Shown: piece by piece, positions 1 through 8,685 of the stretch
Layout of the letters: the number at the start of each line of letters is the position of its first letter
How positions within the stretch are numbered: position 1 is the stretch's first letter
From: Gemmatimonadota bacterium
GTDB lineage: Bacteria > Gemmatimonadota > Gemmatimonadetes > Gemmatimonadales > GWC2-71-9
Assembly: GCA_039587315.1 (NCBI GenBank)
Contig: JBDHIS010000014.1
Span: 678 to 64,677 of the forward strand
Direction of reading: 5' to 3'
DNA length: 64,000 bases
Translations under genes and position numbers: made by a program
The notes under the pieces: model-generated
Databases searched by the model: none
The model's input: only the letters and a program-made list of their open reading frames with translations
Told to the model about the DNA's origin: nothing

Positions 1-443
1 TCCGGGATTCGCCCGTGCTGCTCCTCCCACGCAGTGATGTCTTGGACCGTGACCTGGTAGTCCGGGTTCGAAGCCGCCGCCGCACTCACATCCACCACCA
101 CTGCTGCACCTATCAGGCGCTCGACCGGAATCTCGTCGGCGGTGTGCCGTCCCTCGTAGAAGTGGATCGGTGCATCCAGGTGTGTGCCGCCGTGCTCAGC
201 CATGCAGAAGTTGTTGGCCGCGTAGTAGTATCCCGCCTCGGTCGGCCCGGCGGCGACCACTTCCAGCTCGAACGGCTGTGCCGTAGGCCAGAAGATCGCG
301 CTCTCGTCGTAAGCGTAGCTCATGTCTATCCACTCGGCGTCCGCGAACAGCTCGGCGATCAACGCGGAGTCGTCCGATCGGCATCCGGATAGAGCGAACG
401 CGACGGCTGCGCAGCCGATTGCGACAGCGCTCATGGGTTTCAT
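1..443 (-). CDS. cyclase family (kynurenine formamidase-like) metal-dependent hydrolase, putative lipoprotein; runs off the window edge
   Basis: Not in the ORF track; my translation from ATG at 443 (GGAGG upstream) gives MKPMSAVAIGCAAVAFALSGC...AEHGGTHLDAPIHF, the HxGTHxDAPxH cyclase motif, with a lipobox-like LSGC. Confidence 0.85.
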   Translation of the reverse strand, partial: MKPMSAVAIGCAAVAFALSGCRSDDSALIAELFADAEWIDMSYAYDESAIFWPTAQPFELEVVAAGPTEAGYYYAANNFCMAEHGGTHLDAPIHFYEGRHTADEIPVERLIGAAVVVDVSAAAASNPDYQVTVQDITAWEEQHGRIP

Positions 444-465
444 GCTTGCCTCCTGAGCCTTGCGC

Positions 466-1785
466 CTAGGTCGCTCTCGTCTTCGGTTTGGCCAGCGGAT
501 TGATGCCCGCCAGCGCCGCACCGATGAACGGCAGCACCACCCACCAGCTCACTCCCAGCCAGCCAGCGCCTCCGATGCCGAAGAGCGCCAGCAAAGACAG
601 TCCGCCGCACACCAGTCCGGCTCCCACCACCTGACGCCACGCCACAACCGCGGGGCCACCCGCCCCACCCCGCTCGAAGCGACCGAAGACGAGCGCGAAT
701 GGCACGAGAGCCACGAGGAATGAGGCCAACCACAGCGGACGCGCGCCCCACCACGCTCCGCTTCCCGGCTCGACGGCAAGACCGATGCCCCCGAGCTGAA
801 GCGCGAGGCCCGTAACGAGAGTTGAGGCAGTGAGGTGCCAAAGGAAGATCGTCATGATCATCCCGTTCACGAGCACCGTCGCTGTCCAAGGGGTCGCTCG
901 CTGGAGCCAACGCCGAAACGGCGTTTCGAGCGACAGCACGAGACCGATCTGGATCATACCGAGCAAGAGCATGGGGAGCTTGGGCGGGAGCGAGTTGCTC
1001 ACCTCCTCACCTGGCACGCTCACCATGCTGAGCGGGTGCGGTCCGACCGTTACGAGTCCGATCAGGATCGTGAGTCCGGCCGCCGTCCACGCCAGCGCCT
1101 TCCACCCCGACTGCAGCTTCCCGTCGCGCCACGCGTACCCCAGCTGGTGCACCGCAATCCAGATGAAAGCGTAGTTGAGCCAGCCCGCGCTCCTCAGCTC
1201 GGCGGCGAAGAAGAGCACGTCGTTCAACGCCACCAGGACGGCAAGCACCCAGAACGAGGCCATCCCGAAGCGCCGCCACGCGGCAAACGTCAGCGGCACC
1301 AGCACCACGACGCCCACGTAGACAGCCAAGAACCAGATCGGAATGAGAGCCAGCTGCGAGCCGACCTTTACCATCTCCGGCCGCACTCCGGCGAAGTGAC
1401 CCACGACGCCCAACACGGCCCACACAGCGAGTAGCGGCAGCACCGGTCCGGCGAGCCGCTGCATCCGGCCGTTCAGCCACTCTGAGTAACTCTTGCCGTC
1501 CCTCAGCGTGGCTTTCCAGGACACGCCGTTCGAGTACCCGCCCACGAAGAAGAACACCGGCATGACCTGGAACACCCACGAGAGGAGCTGCGTCCAGCGT
1601 TGATAGGCAAGCATGCTGCTGAGGGTGAGCTCTCCGTCCACCACGTACGGCGCGGCCACGAGCCAGTGGCCCGTGATGACCATCAAGATGGAGACCGCGC
1701 GCAGGAAGTCGACGTAGCGGTTGCGCGACTCGGGAGTGCGGGCCGCGACAGAGGCGGCGCGGGACCAGAGGGAGGGCTTCGGCAT
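466..1785 (-). CDS. acyltransferase family 3 membrane protein
   Basis: RNRYVDFLRAVSILMVITGHW and QVMPVFFFVGGY motifs; many hydrophobic segments. Confidence 0.85.
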   Translation of the reverse strand: MPKPSLWSRAASVAARTPESRNRYVDFLRAVSILMVITGHWLVAAPYVVDGELTLSSMLAYQRWTQLLSWVFQVMPVFFFVGGYSNGVSWKATLRDGKSYSEWLNGRMQRLAGPVLPLLAVWAVLGVVGHFAGVRPEMVKVGSQLALIPIWFLAVYVGVVVLVPLTFAAWRRFGMASFWVLAVLVALNDVLFFAAELRSAGWLNYAFIWIAVHQLGYAWRDGKLQSGWKALAWTAAGLTILIGLVTVGPHPLSMVSVPGEEVSNSLPPKLPMLLLGMIQIGLVLSLETPFRRWLQRATPWTATVLVNGMIMTIFLWHLTASTLVTGLALQLGGIGLAVEPGSGAWWGARPLWLASFLVALVPFALVFGRFERGGAGGPAVVAWRQVVGAGLVCGGLSLLALFGIGGAGWLGVSWWVVLPFIGAALAGINPLAKPKTRAT

Positions 1786-1908
1786 GGCGAATACGATAGG
1801 GCTTGTTGGTGCGGGCGGCTAGTTTCGGCCCCTCGCGCGGCGTTTGGGAACAGACCTGGATTGGCATACTTTATAGTGTGGAGCCGGCAGCAATCCACGG
1901 GAGACCAG

Positions 1909-2241
1909 ATGCCGGTTACCGCGAAATTCTCTGAGGAGTTCTACGCCAAGTTCGGCCACCGGGTCGTCGACGAACTCGTGGACTGGTTCAACAAAGTGGA
2001 CGTAGCCTACAGATCTGAGTTCCGGGAGCTGTTTGAGGTGAACTTCGCGCGGTTCGACGCGAAGCTCGAGCAGCGTATTGCGGAGCTGCGGACTGAGTTC
2101 AAGGCGGAGATCGCGGAGCTTCGAACGGAGTTCAGCGGCAGAATGGCCGCTCTCGAGACCCGTCTGATCCGCTGGATGTTTCTGTTCTGGATCGGCACGA
2201 TCGGGACGATGATCGGGCTGCTCAGATTCTGGGGCGGCTGA
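1909..2241 (+). CDS. DUF1640/CCDC90-like coiled-coil protein with C-terminal membrane anchor
   Basis: ATG at 1909 after GGAG; 11-aa repeat IAELRTEF x2; C-terminal LIRWMFLFWIG hydrophobic helix. Confidence 0.75.
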   Translation: MPVTAKFSEEFYAKFGHRVVDELVDWFNKVDVAYRSEFRELFEVNFARFDAKLEQRIAELRTEFKAEIAELRTEFSGRMAALETRLIRWMFLFWIGTIGTMIGLLRFWGG

Positions 2242-2266
2242 CCTGCAGCACCCTCGCGGGCTCGCT

Positions 2267-3886
2267 CTAGCCTGCGGCCACCGCCCTCATGCCCATCTGC
2301 ACCGGCTGCGGCTCATCCTGAGACGCCAGGTAGGCGTTGGGATCGTGCTCCAGCGCCCCTGCCGGCAACCAGTCCCACAGCGGTCCCAGGTCCTTGCGAA
2401 CGATGTCGTGGAAGAACTGCGGCAGCTCGGTGGTCTCCTGCTCGAAGAACGCGCGGAACTGGCGGTCGGAGTCGAGCAGCCGTCTCACGTCCGTGTGGTA
2501 CTTGATCCTGCCGAACCCTTCCGAGGAGACCGCACGGACCACGTTCATCCACTTCGGAATGGCGGTCTTCACGGCCCGGAAGCGATTGTAGATCGCGCGC
2601 CAGGAGAACGTGTACTTCGTCAGGCTGATCACCTGATCGTAGAAGTCCGGCCAGGAGTAGTTGGCCGGCTTCAAGTTCATGGCGTGATTGTTGTTCAGGA
2701 AGTGGAACGGGAACGGAATCACGCGGCCTGCGCTCTGGTACTCGAGATTGAGCGGCGCTGCCTGGCCGAACGAAGTCAGCAGCGAGTAGCCCGGGAACGA
2801 GGCGGGCGCCAGATCCACATACTTCTTCGTCAGCTCGAACGGCTCCGGTCCATCATCCGCATCCAGCCCCAGCACGAAGTTGGCCTGGAGGTAGGGGATG
2901 TACTGCTGGATCAGGTTCGTGTGCTCCGCGACTTGAATGACCTTCTGCATCCCTGAGCGCTTGCCGGTCTTCGACTTGTGGCCCAGCTCGTACCATGACT
3001 CGATGCCGGGGAGCATCGCCTTGAACCCATTGTGCTGCAGTCGCTTCAGGTGCGGCTCCGCCAGCAGCGAGAGGCTGCTCTCCGCGATGAAATCTACGCT
3101 CCCGGGCGGCACCGCATCCTCGATGGCGTCCAGGGTCTCGTCAAACCGGACACCGAAGTTGGGATCGTGCCACGCCACGTGCGGCTGCTTGAACTTCGTA
3201 CGGAGGAACCGGAGGTCCTCCTTCATCACGTCGTAGTCGAGCGGCTGGTACGGCACGGTCGAGTCGACGCAGAAACTACACGTGTACGGACACCCGAGGC
3301 TGCCGAGCATCGGCACGATCTTGAGGAGCGGAGCCTTCTTGAGCGTGAGCTCGATGAACTTCCAGCGCTCTCGCACTCCAGGGAGCGTCTCCGGCTGCTG
3401 CCCTGCCGCGAGGCGCCTGCCCAGCGGACGGTGAGGCGCACAGTCGGCGAGGACTTCATGGACGATATTCTTGTTGGTGAAGCCGAGGACGTAGTCGAAG
3501 TACTTCTGGGCGTCTTGCGGATAACACCGCGCGTGCGGACCGCCGAGCACCGTCACCGCACCTCTGGACCGGAACAGGTTGCTCAGCGAGTAGGCCAGCT
3601 GCGCCGACTGCGTGAAGGCGCCTATGAACACTACGTCGACGTCCGCCGGCAACTCCTCGACCAGGTTCTCGAACCCGGTGTAGCACACGAAGGTGACGTC
3701 GTGCCCTTCCTCTTCACACCACACCCCAAGGACCTGCGGCATGATGCTTACGAGATTCCCGCCCATCACCCGTTCGTACAGGGCTTTGGTCGGGCCTTTT
3801 GTAACGAGGTCGATTATTCCAACGCGAAGCTTGCGCAGCGGATCCCCCCAAAAGGCAATTCGGTAAACCTGTACCAGGGTGACCAC
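2267..3886 (-). CDS. radical SAM protein with N-terminal B12-binding-like domain
   Basis: GCPYTCSFC (CxxxCxxC), VLGGPHA, DPNF. True start is uncertain and may be near 3838 (LRKLRVGIIDLV). Confidence 0.8.
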   Translation of the reverse strand: MVTLVQVYRIAFWGDPLRKLRVGIIDLVTKGPTKALYERVMGGNLVSIMPQVLGVWCEEEGHDVTFVCYTGFENLVEELPADVDVVFIGAFTQSAQLAYSLSNLFRSRGAVTVLGGPHARCYPQDAQKYFDYVLGFTNKNIVHEVLADCAPHRPLGRRLAAGQQPETLPGVRERWKFIELTLKKAPLLKIVPMLGSLGCPYTCSFCVDSTVPYQPLDYDVMKEDLRFLRTKFKQPHVAWHDPNFGVRFDETLDAIEDAVPPGSVDFIAESSLSLLAEPHLKRLQHNGFKAMLPGIESWYELGHKSKTGKRSGMQKVIQVAEHTNLIQQYIPYLQANFVLGLDADDGPEPFELTKKYVDLAPASFPGYSLLTSFGQAAPLNLEYQSAGRVIPFPFHFLNNNHAMNLKPANYSWPDFYDQVISLTKYTFSWRAIYNRFRAVKTAIPKWMNVVRAVSSEGFGRIKYHTDVRRLLDSDRQFRAFFEQETTELPQFFHDIVRKDLGPLWDWLPAGALEHDPNAYLASQDEPQPVQMGMRAVAAG

Positions 3887-4096
3887 AATAGCAAGGACGG
3901 AGAGCCTGTTATCGGCGGCGCGGTTTCGGCGGGCGTGCCCTGGCCCGCCAATCGTAACCCGCTACAGGGTGGTGAGTTACGTGCGCAGTGCCGAGCGACA
4001 AACGCTGCCCAGGCGCTCCGTCCGAGTGACAGCCGTTACCGCCACGGTCGCCCCAACACCCCATATTGAGTTCACGCGCCCTACCAGGAGGTACTC

Positions 4097-4474
4097 GTGG
4101 CGAAGCTCCAAGGCTCAGCGCTAGCCAAGCAGGCTGCTCTGGAGGAAGTGAGAAGGAAGTGGGACCACGTGTACTCCCTGGTCAAACAGGCCCAGGCGCG
4201 GTCGGACATCGCCCTCATGAGGCAGATCAATCGCAGCGCCGCTGCCGTCGCCCGGGTGCTCTCGGAGAGTGGCTTCGGGGGATTGAGCCAGACCGTGGCG
4301 GAGCTCGAGGGCATGTCGCGCCGCGCCAAGGTCGACCCCGCCAAGCTTCGCACCATGGCTGAGCTGGTTGCGGGCGTGCGGAGCTTGCTCGATCAGGCGG
4401 AGCGCAAGCTGTACAAGCAGGCTGAGGAAGCCGCAGAGGAAGCCAAGGAAGCCAACGAGGCCGCCGAGGACTAG
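4097..4474 (+). CDS. hypothetical all-helical protein, HPt-like pattern without His
   Basis: GTG start after AGGAGG; amphipathic helices; stop overlaps the stop of the convergent SPFH gene. Confidence 0.7.
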   Translation: MAKLQGSALAKQAALEEVRRKWDHVYSLVKQAQARSDIALMRQINRSAAAVARVLSESGFGGLSQTVAELEGMSRRAKVDPAKLRTMAELVAGVRSLLDQAERKLYKQAEEAAEEAKEANEAAED

Positions 4475-5457
4475 TCCTCCTCACCCTCCTCGCCGGTCGG
4501 GGGCTTGGTCCCCGATGCCCCGGCTAGTCCCATGATCCCGGGCACGTTCAGCGAATCCGCCAGCCCGGACGGCACCACCATGAGCGAGCCCCGCTTCACG
4601 ATGCTCTCGTAGAGCATGTTCATCGCGCGCAGGTTGAGCGCGGCGGGGTGCTCACGGTATTGCTCTGCCGCCTCCACGAACTTGCTGGCGATCTCGGTCT
4701 CGGCCGTCCCCAGGATGATGCGCGCCTGGCGCTCCCTCTCCGCCTGCGCCTGGCGCGACATGGCCTCCTCCAGCGCCTTCGGGATTATCACGTCCCTGAT
4801 CTCCACCGACTGCACCTGGATCCCCCAGTCGTGCATCTTCGCGTCGAGGATGCGCTGCAGGCCCTCACCCAGCTCCTTGCGTGACTGGATCAACTCCGCA
4901 AGGTCGTGCTTGCCGATCGCGTCGCGCAGGGCGGTCTGGGCGGCGAGTACCACTGCCTGCTCGTACTGCTGCACCTCCAGGGCGGCGCGTTCCGCGTCGA
5001 ACACGATCCAGAACGCTATCGCGTCCACGTTCACCGGAACCGTGTCCTTCGTGAGACAGGATTCGGCACCGAAGTCGGTGGTGCGGATGCGCTGATCCAC
5101 GTGGTAGGAGATGCGATCGATGACCGGGATCACGTAGAACAGGCCGGGACCCCTGAGCCCCCTGTACCTGCCCAGGCGGAGCACGACGGCCTTCTCCCAC
5201 TGATCCGCGTACTTGATCGACGAGCCCACGAGGAGTGCCGTCAGCGACGCGAGCCCGGGGACCGCGATGGCTCGCCATAACTCCGAGGCGACTGGTATGA
5301 AGTACGTGATCAGTCCCGCCGCGGCGCCGGACAGCAATCCCGCGATCATGGCGGCCGGGGGGTATCTCGTGTCATTGGGGGATTTGGCCGGCATAGCTGA
5401 CCTCTGGCTCAGGCGCGTCTCGCGCTCGGTGCGGACGGGCAGGAATTCTTCACCCAT
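4471..5457 (-). CDS. SPFH/stomatin (slipin) family protein
   Basis: AVVLRLGR..GPGL, LTKDTVPVNVDA, AQTALRDAIG, AMSRQAQAERERQA. Confidence 0.92.
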   Translation of the reverse strand: MGEEFLPVRTERETRLSQRSAMPAKSPNDTRYPPAAMIAGLLSGAAAGLITYFIPVASELWRAIAVPGLASLTALLVGSSIKYADQWEKAVVLRLGRYRGLRGPGLFYVIPVIDRISYHVDQRIRTTDFGAESCLTKDTVPVNVDAIAFWIVFDAERAALEVQQYEQAVVLAAQTALRDAIGKHDLAELIQSRKELGEGLQRILDAKMHDWGIQVQSVEIRDVIIPKALEEAMSRQAQAERERQARIILGTAETEIASKFVEAAEQYREHPAALNLRAMNMLYESIVKRGSLMVVPSGLADSLNVPGIMGLAGASGTKPPTGEEGEED

Positions 5458-5893
5458 GAGTGCCCCTCCTGGAATCGCGTTCCCGCTCTGAAGTCTGCAG
5501 AGCGCTCAGCGTGTCGATGACGTCGTCCATGGAAAGCCCCAGCGCTCGGCACTGAGCGGCAACGTCCCCGCACAGCCGCTCGAGTCGCGCGCGCCGCTCC
5601 AGCGTACCGTGGTCGGGCGGTGCCAGGCCGATGTAGGTGCCCTTTCCCTGCCGCGTCACCAGCACGCCAAGCGTCTCCAACTCCTCGTACGCATGCTGGA
5701 CTGTATTGGGGTGGACCGACACGTCTATTGCGAGCTGCCGCACGGTGGGAAGCCGCTCGCCTGTCTCCAGTGTACCCGTAACGACCTCGAGCCATACCCG
5801 GTCCACGATCTGGCGGTGGAGCGGAGCGTCGTCGCTCGGATCGAGGTACAGGACGAGACGCTGCGCCAGGGTGGAAGGCTCGGTGCTCGACAC
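5450..5893 (-). CDS. GntR family transcriptional regulator (YtrA-like, short)
   Basis: PLHRQIV..GERLPTVRQLA..VHPNTVQHAYEELE..GKGTYI; GTG start at 5893 with GAGG. Confidence 0.88.
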   Translation of the reverse strand: MSSTEPSTLAQRLVLYLDPSDDAPLHRQIVDRVWLEVVTGTLETGERLPTVRQLAIDVSVHPNTVQHAYEELETLGVLVTRQGKGTYIGLAPPDHGTLERRARLERLCGDVAAQCRALGLSMDDVIDTLSALQTSERERDSRRGTHG

Positions 5894-6008
5894 GTGCGAC
5901 CTCACCGGGGGGGATACTCGAACGATACGCGGCGGTGCACGGCTGAGCCAGACGCACCCCGGGGAAGCGCGCCTGCCCTGCCCAGCGGTTGCCGTCGCCG
6001 CAGCGTGG

Positions 6009-7349
6009 TCATCCAACGGCACCGGTGTGGGGCGGCCGTGCCATCCGGGACCACCACTTGAACACGTAGTACACAGCGACCCCCACCAGCGTGAATATCA
6101 AACCCACCCACGCGTGCAGCGGACGCTGGACCAGCGTGTTGATCACGAACCAGAACGAGATGCCCACGAAGACCGCCGGCGTGACGGGATACCCGAACGT
6201 GCGGTAGGGCCGCTCGGCATCCTTCCGCGTGCGCCGCAGTATGAAGACGGCCGCGCCGGCCAACCCGAAGAACACCCAGTCCATGAACACGACGTAGGTG
6301 ATCACGTCCTCGAACGTCCCCCAGAACAGCAGCAGTACGATCGCCCATCCCGACTGGAGCAGGATCGCGTTGGCAGGAGTGCGAAATCGGGGGTGTACGT
6401 CCGCGAGCCTGCGGAAGAAGATCCCGTCCTCGGCCATCGCGTAGTAGATGCGCGGCGTGGACAGGGCGAATATGCCGGCCGTCCCGAACACGCTGATGGC
6501 TATCACGAGGGCGATGAGCGTGCCGCCAAACGGGATCACCGTGCCGACCGCGTCGGCCGCCACACTGCCGGACGCCGCGATCTCGGAGACCGGCAACAGG
6601 AACATGTATGCCAGGTTCGTGAGCAGGTAGACGAACGCGACGATCAGCGCCCCCAGGATCATCGCCCGTGGTACGGTGCGCTTCGCGTCTATGGCCTCGC
6701 CGGCAACGTAGCTGGCGTGCTGGAAGCCGCCGTAGGACCAGAGCACACCCACGAGCGCCAAGCCGAAGGCCGTCACGAAGCCCGTGGACGCGCTCGATGC
6801 CGCCGGCTCAACCCGCATGGTCTCCGGGGACCCCCACAGGAGCCCGACGATTATGAGCCCCCCGATGCCCAGTAGCTTGAGCCCCGTGAAGATGTTGGCC
6901 AACCAGCCGCCGGCCTTCACACGAGCGACGTTGACTGCGGTGACGACGACGATCACCAAAAGCGCCACCACCGTGATGGCCGTCTGACTCATCGGGAAGA
7001 TGAAGCCGAGGTAGTATGCGAACGCGATTGCGAGAGCGGCCATCGCTCCCGAGGTGATCACGAGCAGGTACGCCCACCCGTAAAGGAAGCCGAACAGGTC
7101 GCCGTACGCCTCACGCAGGTACACGTAGACGCCGCCCGCCTGCGGGAACATCGAGCCGAGCTCGGCAAAGGTGAGCGCGCCCGTTAGGGCGATGAACCCG
7201 CCCACGGCCCACACCAGCATGATCAACGCCGGCGAGGGCAAATGTCCTGCGATCTGCGACGGTGTGAGGAAGATCCCCGACCCGATGGACGAGCCGACGG
7301 CGACCATCGTGAGGCCGAAGAGCGTGAGTTCGCGGCGCAGTTGGGTCAT
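6009..7349 (-). CDS. APC superfamily amino acid permease
   Basis: IGSGIF, FAELGSMFPQAGGVYVYL, WSYGGF, HPRFRTP; about 12 TM segments. Confidence 0.92.
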   Translation of the reverse strand: MTQLRRELTLFGLTMVAVGSSIGSGIFLTPSQIAGHLPSPALIMLVWAVGGFIALTGALTFAELGSMFPQAGGVYVYLREAYGDLFGFLYGWAYLLVITSGAMAALAIAFAYYLGFIFPMSQTAITVVALLVIVVVTAVNVARVKAGGWLANIFTGLKLLGIGGLIIVGLLWGSPETMRVEPAASSASTGFVTAFGLALVGVLWSYGGFQHASYVAGEAIDAKRTVPRAMILGALIVAFVYLLTNLAYMFLLPVSEIAASGSVAADAVGTVIPFGGTLIALVIAISVFGTAGIFALSTPRIYYAMAEDGIFFRRLADVHPRFRTPANAILLQSGWAIVLLLFWGTFEDVITYVVFMDWVFFGLAGAAVFILRRTRKDAERPYRTFGYPVTPAVFVGISFWFVINTLVQRPLHAWVGLIFTLVGVAVYYVFKWWSRMARPPHTGAVG

Positions 7350-7460
7350 GTATTGTGGGGAGGGAAGATGCTCCGGGGTACCGCCCGGCGCGAGTAGAAA
7401 GTCCCGCGGCCCTCATTCAGACCGCGGGACTCCCTTGCTCTCAGCGCGCCGCGGCTCGAA

Positions 7461-8249
7461 TCAGCTGCCGCGAATCAGCGTGACGTTTCCGTTCACGGTC
7501 GTCAGGGTCAGCGCGCGCCCGCCGCTACCCAGGGTCCCGCGCCAATCCCCGGGACCAAACTCGGTGAGCGGGAAGTCGGACGTCACATCTCCGCTCACGG
7601 TCACGAGACGCGCATCGGCGTTTGTGGCAGCCGGGACGGTTACGGTCACGTTGCCGTTCACCGCCGTGAACGGGAGATCGCGGTTCGGGGTCGCCTGGCC
7701 AATGGCGGCGGTGATCGAGCCGTTCACTGTGGTCGCATCGGCCATCTGTGTAGTGGACACTGTCAGCCCGCCGTTCACGGTCCACAGGGACGCATTGCTC
7801 TCGAGGCCGTCGGCCGTGACGCCGCCGTTCACCGTCCAGCCCTCAAACGTCACGCCAGCCGGCAGGCTCACCGTGAACGTGACCTGGACGTCGTTGTCCT
7901 GCACGCTCATGTGGCCCCCGCCCGCCGCGCACTCGTTGGCGGGTTGGCCCGGCACGTCGGGATACACCGCGCAGATCGTCACTCCACCGGCGTGCTCCAC
8001 CACCTCGACGGTTACGGACGCGGGATCATCGCTGATCCCCTGCTTTGTGAAGGACACCGTGGCCTCGGACCCGGCCGCGGCCGCTGCGGAGATGCCGCCG
8101 TTGACGCCCCGGATCTCGAGCACGTCCCCCACCTCCATCTGGCCACTCCACTCGTCCTCGATGGGTATCCCGCCGGGTCCGGTGGAGTCGCCGCAGGCAA
8201 GCAGCGCGACACCCGCAGTCAACAGCGAGAAAGTCACTGTGGTTTTCAT
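7461..8249 (-). CDS. DUF4097 family beta-strand repeat lipoprotein
   Basis: MKTT..LLAC lipobox; repeated TVNG/TVSG motifs; GGAGG RBS. Confidence 0.8.
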   Translation of the reverse strand: MKTTVTFSLLTAGVALLACGDSTGPGGIPIEDEWSGQMEVGDVLEIRGVNGGISAAAAAGSEATVSFTKQGISDDPASVTVEVVEHAGGVTICAVYPDVPGQPANECAAGGGHMSVQDNDVQVTFTVSLPAGVTFEGWTVNGGVTADGLESNASLWTVNGGLTVSTTQMADATTVNGSITAAIGQATPNRDLPFTAVNGNVTVTVPAATNADARLVTVSGDVTSDFPLTEFGPGDWRGTLGSGGRALTLTTVNGNVTLIRGS

Positions 8250-8321
8250 GGCCCTCCTCCTCCCTACTGTCCCTACCACCGGGCGCCATCGCCAGTTCCC
8301 ACGCAACCGGCGGAGGAGCCC

Positions 8322-8558
8322 CTAGTCCGCGAAGGGCGACTTCTTCTTTCCGCGCCGCTCCTGCTCCCCAAGGGCCCGCTCCAGCATGCGCTGCAACTCC
8401 TCGGTGCTCAGCTCGAAGGGATCGCTCTCGTAACCGGGTGCAGCGGCTCTCACGGCCTTTCCCGCCCCCGATGCCGGCACGAACTCCCACTCCGAGCGGG
8501 AGACGTCCTTCACCTCCCACATCCCTCCTTTGCGGTCACCGAACCGGCGGTATCCCAT
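8322..8558 (-). CDS. hypothetical small protein
   Basis: ATG after GAGAGGTG; 78 aa; heads the minus-strand run ending at 4471. Confidence 0.65.
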   Translation of the reverse strand: MGYRRFGDRKGGMWEVKDVSRSEWEFVPASGAGKAVRAAAPGYESDPFELSTEELQRMLERALGEQERRGKKKSPFAD

Positions 8559-8685
8559 TGCTCACCTCTCCTCCAGAAACGAAGCTTACCGCGACTCCCG
8601 GCGCTCGGCCAGTCGCGCCACGCCGACCGAATGCGTGAAAGTCGAGGTTGCGCGGCGTGCTTCCCCGCGGTCACTTAGCTGTCCT

